From the UHGV virus genome UHGV-1789659: a stretch of DNA of 47,750 nucleotides; one strand, given 5' to 3'. This document shows, one piece after another, positions 45,622 to 47,750 of this stretch (positions are counted from its first letter, which is position 1; each line of letters opens with the position of its first letter). Made by a program: the position numbers and the translations under genes. Origin of the DNA: a virus. Under the pieces are notes generated by a model. That model had not been told where the DNA came from. It did no database searches and saw nothing but the letters and a program-made list of their open reading frames with translations.

Positions 45622-45643
45622 GATAAGTATTTACTTACTTATC
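45622..45643. promoter_or_regulatory. GATAAGTATTTACTTACTTATC palindrome
   Basis: GATAAGTA / TACTTATC arms with 6-nt spacer at the start of the noncoding tRNA region. Confidence 0.4.
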
Positions 45644-46391
45644 TTTTATGTATAAGATGACTTTGTTTTCGTTGAGACGCGACTGTTTGAACTTAAATAC
45701 AAGTGCAAACGAAGAAGTCTATCTGGCAGTAGCCTAATAAGCCAAACACCAGCGAGGTCAGTTTCCAGCCTCGTTACCGAAATGGGACACACTGAGCGAG
45801 TGTGATTGCAGAACGCAGGAGGGAACATGAGTGTTCCCTCCGATGAAGTAACAGAATGGGCGGTCGGTATATTTTCAACTCCATATGACTCCCGGATTCT
45901 TAGCCACTGACCGCCCATCCTGTTACGTCATTTTGTTCAATTATGTCGTTTATACTGGGTTAAAAAGCGGCGACGTAGCCCGGCTGGTATGGTTAGCCAG
46001 CACACAACGTTGAGGCCATTACATTTTTATCAATTCTAAGGTTCTATTCACAGAGATACCGGCGAGCGTTGATATGTAACATGTTGGGCAAACATTCAAT
46101 CGGAGTAGTGGCCTCAACGTTGTGAAGACAGGATTGTTGTGTAGGTTTAACCACTGTTGCCATTGGTGCCTGTTTTCACAACAAATGATTCCATACATCA
46201 CATTGTATAAATTACAAAGTAGGTGCTGTCCTCAGAAACATCATCTACTTAAAGAGTTTGCCTTCTACTATTGAGCGAAGTCGAAAGCGTCTGGCACTAA
46301 CGAAAAGTGCAAGTAGCGGTGCGTTTCTTGGCAGAAACTAACACCGCCGCGATTGGCACTGTTGAGTAATAAATACTGTCAGTGCTGAATT

Positions 46392-46466
46392 GATGGTGTA
46401 GCTCAGCGGTAGAGCAGTTGGCTGTTAACCAACTGGTCGGTGGTTCGACTCCATCACTCCCCACCA
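46392..46466 (+). tRNA. tRNA-Asn(GTT)-like; acceptor stem pairs poorly, so possibly a pseudogene
   Basis: D-arm GCTC-AGCGGTA-GAGC, anticodon loop CTGTTAA, T-arm GGTGG-TTCGACT-CCATC, 3-prime ACTCCCC-A-CCA; 5-prime strand GATGGTG gives only 3 of 7 pairs. Confidence 0.5.
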
Positions 46467-46470
46467 AATT

Positions 46471-46546
46471 GCCGGTTTAGCTCAGTTGGTAGAGCAGTCG
46501 CTTTGTAAGCGAATGGCCAGCGGTTCGAGTCCGTTAACCGGCACCA
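46471..46546 (+). tRNA. tRNA-Thr(TGT)
   Basis: Acceptor GCCGGTT/AACCGGC pairs perfectly; D-arm GCTC...GAGC; anticodon loop TTTGTAA; T-arm AGCGG-TTCGAGT-CCGTT; encoded CCA. Confidence 0.8.
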
Positions 46547-47192
46547 ACATAATATTGAGAACATTGGCGTAACGGGGTCATATCCCAATCTATGAATAAA
46601 TGTTGCGTTGCCGCGTGACAACCAGTGTTCTCAACATTGTGGTGAATGCACAGGCTGATGTGCCGCAACTACAGTAGTGCGCGCTTTGCGGGGCTTGCTA
46701 CAACCCTGTGTCGGAGCTCAGCACCGACCATCACAATTTGGCTCTCTTGCAACAGCATAACGCTGGAATATGTCCAACCTGGTGCGGTCTGATCACCCGC
46801 CGTTAGCTCCACGAAACGGAGCGCACAACAGATAAGAGAACTTCCCATATGGGGCTTGTCTTAAATGCATCGAGTTCTCTTATCGCTGTGTCACAGACAA
46901 AATTCCGACAGCCCTGTTTATCATCGGACGCAACCTAAAAGGTCGAGGCAAAGCCAGGTAATAGCGGAGGGAGTGACACAGCACACAACAGGTAAGAGCA
47001 TTTTCAGAGTTCGACTCTCTGAGTTGCCATTCGTGGTGGCACGCGAGACGTGAATGCTCTTTCCGTTGTGGTGAATGTGGCTAAGCGCACGCGGGGAAAT
47101 GGTTATATTGATCATTTTATGACATCTGTGGCCCCGTTCACGGTGGATAACCAGCCAAAGGACACCGGGAGGCACCCGGCACCACAACAATT

Positions 47193-47278
47193 GGAGAGTA
47201 GGGAGCATGGTGCTCAAGCGGTCTTGAAAACCGCCCCATTGCGCAAGCGATGATGGTTCGATTCCATTACTCTCCGCC
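47193..47278 (+). tRNA. tRNA-Ser(TGA)-like with long variable arm
   Basis: Acceptor GGAGAGT/ACTCTCC, anticodon stem-loop GCGGT-CTTGAAA-ACCGC, T-loop TTCGATT, encoded CCA; D-arm spacing atypical. Confidence 0.6.
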
Positions 47279-47433
47279 AGACACAGCGTTGAGCGGTTTG
47301 GCCTTTTAATCACCCAGATTAAGACTCCGCTAACATAAACCAGACCGCTCAACGCTGTGATAGACAATTACGGCAGACGTTCTTAACCATAGCTTGCTAA
47401 CATCCTAGCAACACTTTTTTCAGCGCAAAATTC

Positions 47434-47456
47434 AAAGGGGCTTCGGCCCCTTTTTT
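47434..47456. terminator. bidirectional rho-independent terminator
   Basis: AAA-GGGGC-TTCG-GCCCC-TTTTTT between the tRNA region and a convergent minus-strand gene. Confidence 0.7.
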
Positions 47457-47458
47457 GG

Positions 47459-47750
47459 TTACTGATTATCTAAGTATGCTATTAACTCATTTTTAATGAT
47501 CAGTGAATATTCTAAAATCTCACCTAATAAATATTCTGCTTTATAAAAATACCGCCCCATATAGCCTAATTTTTTTGAAGGTCCTTCTAACAACATTATA
47601 ATATCGCTGTCTTGCTCTTTAGCAATGTATTGTCTTATTTCTATCTCCAAATTATTTCTTGTCTTTCCACTTATTGATGATTCATCCAAAACTTTAGTTA
47701 TAAACTTTTCCGTGTCGGTGAACTTTCCTGCATTATGCACAATTGTATGT
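47459..47750 (-). CDS. AT-rich hypothetical protein, N-terminus at or beyond the window edge
   Basis: 93-aa or longer minus-strand ORF ending at the terminator; the start may lie beyond 47750. Confidence 0.4.
   Translation of the reverse strand, partial: HTIVHNAGKFTDTEKFITKVLDESSISGKTRNNLEIEIRQYIAKEQDSDIIMLLEGPSKKLGYMGRYFYKAEYLLGEILEYSLIIKNELIAYLDNQ

Noticed and set aside
45646-45918. Minus-strand 90-aa ORF in the noncoding region upstream of the tRNAs
   Set aside because: It overlaps several strong inverted repeats, has no RBS, and the region looks like structured noncoding DNA.
46990-47022. Possible fourth tRNA suggested by a T-arm-like hairpin CAGAG-TTCGACT-CTCTG
   Set aside because: No matching 5-prime acceptor strand, D-arm or anticodon arm could be found upstream; treated as a simple hairpin.
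46921-47367. Minus-strand 148-aa ORF and plus-strand ORFs 46865..47053 and 47050..47253
   Set aside because: They overlap the tRNA-Ser-like gene and the hairpin-rich inter-tRNA spacer; likely spurious.
1-47750. Integrase or recombinase and attachment site
   Set aside because: No ORF with tyrosine or serine recombinase signatures was recognised in this window. This does not exclude one outside the window, but within it the maintenance genes are plasmid-type.

Overview
This 47.7-kb window reads as one contiguous segment of a tailed-phage genome that also carries plasmid-maintenance functions, so it is most likely a phage-plasmid (a prophage maintained as a plasmid); no integrase is visible in the window. 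All calls rest on reading the six-frame translations and the DNA by eye; no database search was run. Left to right: a minus-strand SF2 DEAH-box helicase with two small genes (1-2476); a tightly coupled five-gene plus-strand operon of two ParB/Srx-like proteins, a small ABC-type ATPase, a protein with a GNAT-like motif and a small basic protein (2541-5732); a packaging/head module with terminase small and large subunits, portal, scaffold, major capsid and a Big_2 decoration protein (5929-12222); head-tail joining genes; a lambda-like tail module with major tail protein V, chaperone G with an overlapping -1 frame T ORF, tape measure, M, L, K, I, a J-like central fibre and an Stf-like side fibre (14882-31813); a lysis cassette with overlapping i/o-spanins (32017-33611); a GNAT/DUF1778 toxin-antitoxin pair next to a ParA/RHH partition pair (33643-35787); an AT-rich orphan gene; a replication module with DnaB-like helicase, primase and ATP-dependent DNA ligase; an accessory block with a secreted Sel1-repeat protein; and a tRNA cluster in a structured noncoding region. 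The strongest non-coding signals are a conserved GATAAGTAAGT-type imperfect palindrome found at 11 or more intergenic sites, two copies of a roughly 50-bp perfect palindrome, and an exact 88-bp tandem triplication at the endolysin/spanin junction. The best candidates for an undescribed system are the ParB-ParB-ABC ATPase-GNAT-like operon and the insulated AT-rich orphan gene; neither can be assigned a function from sequence alone.
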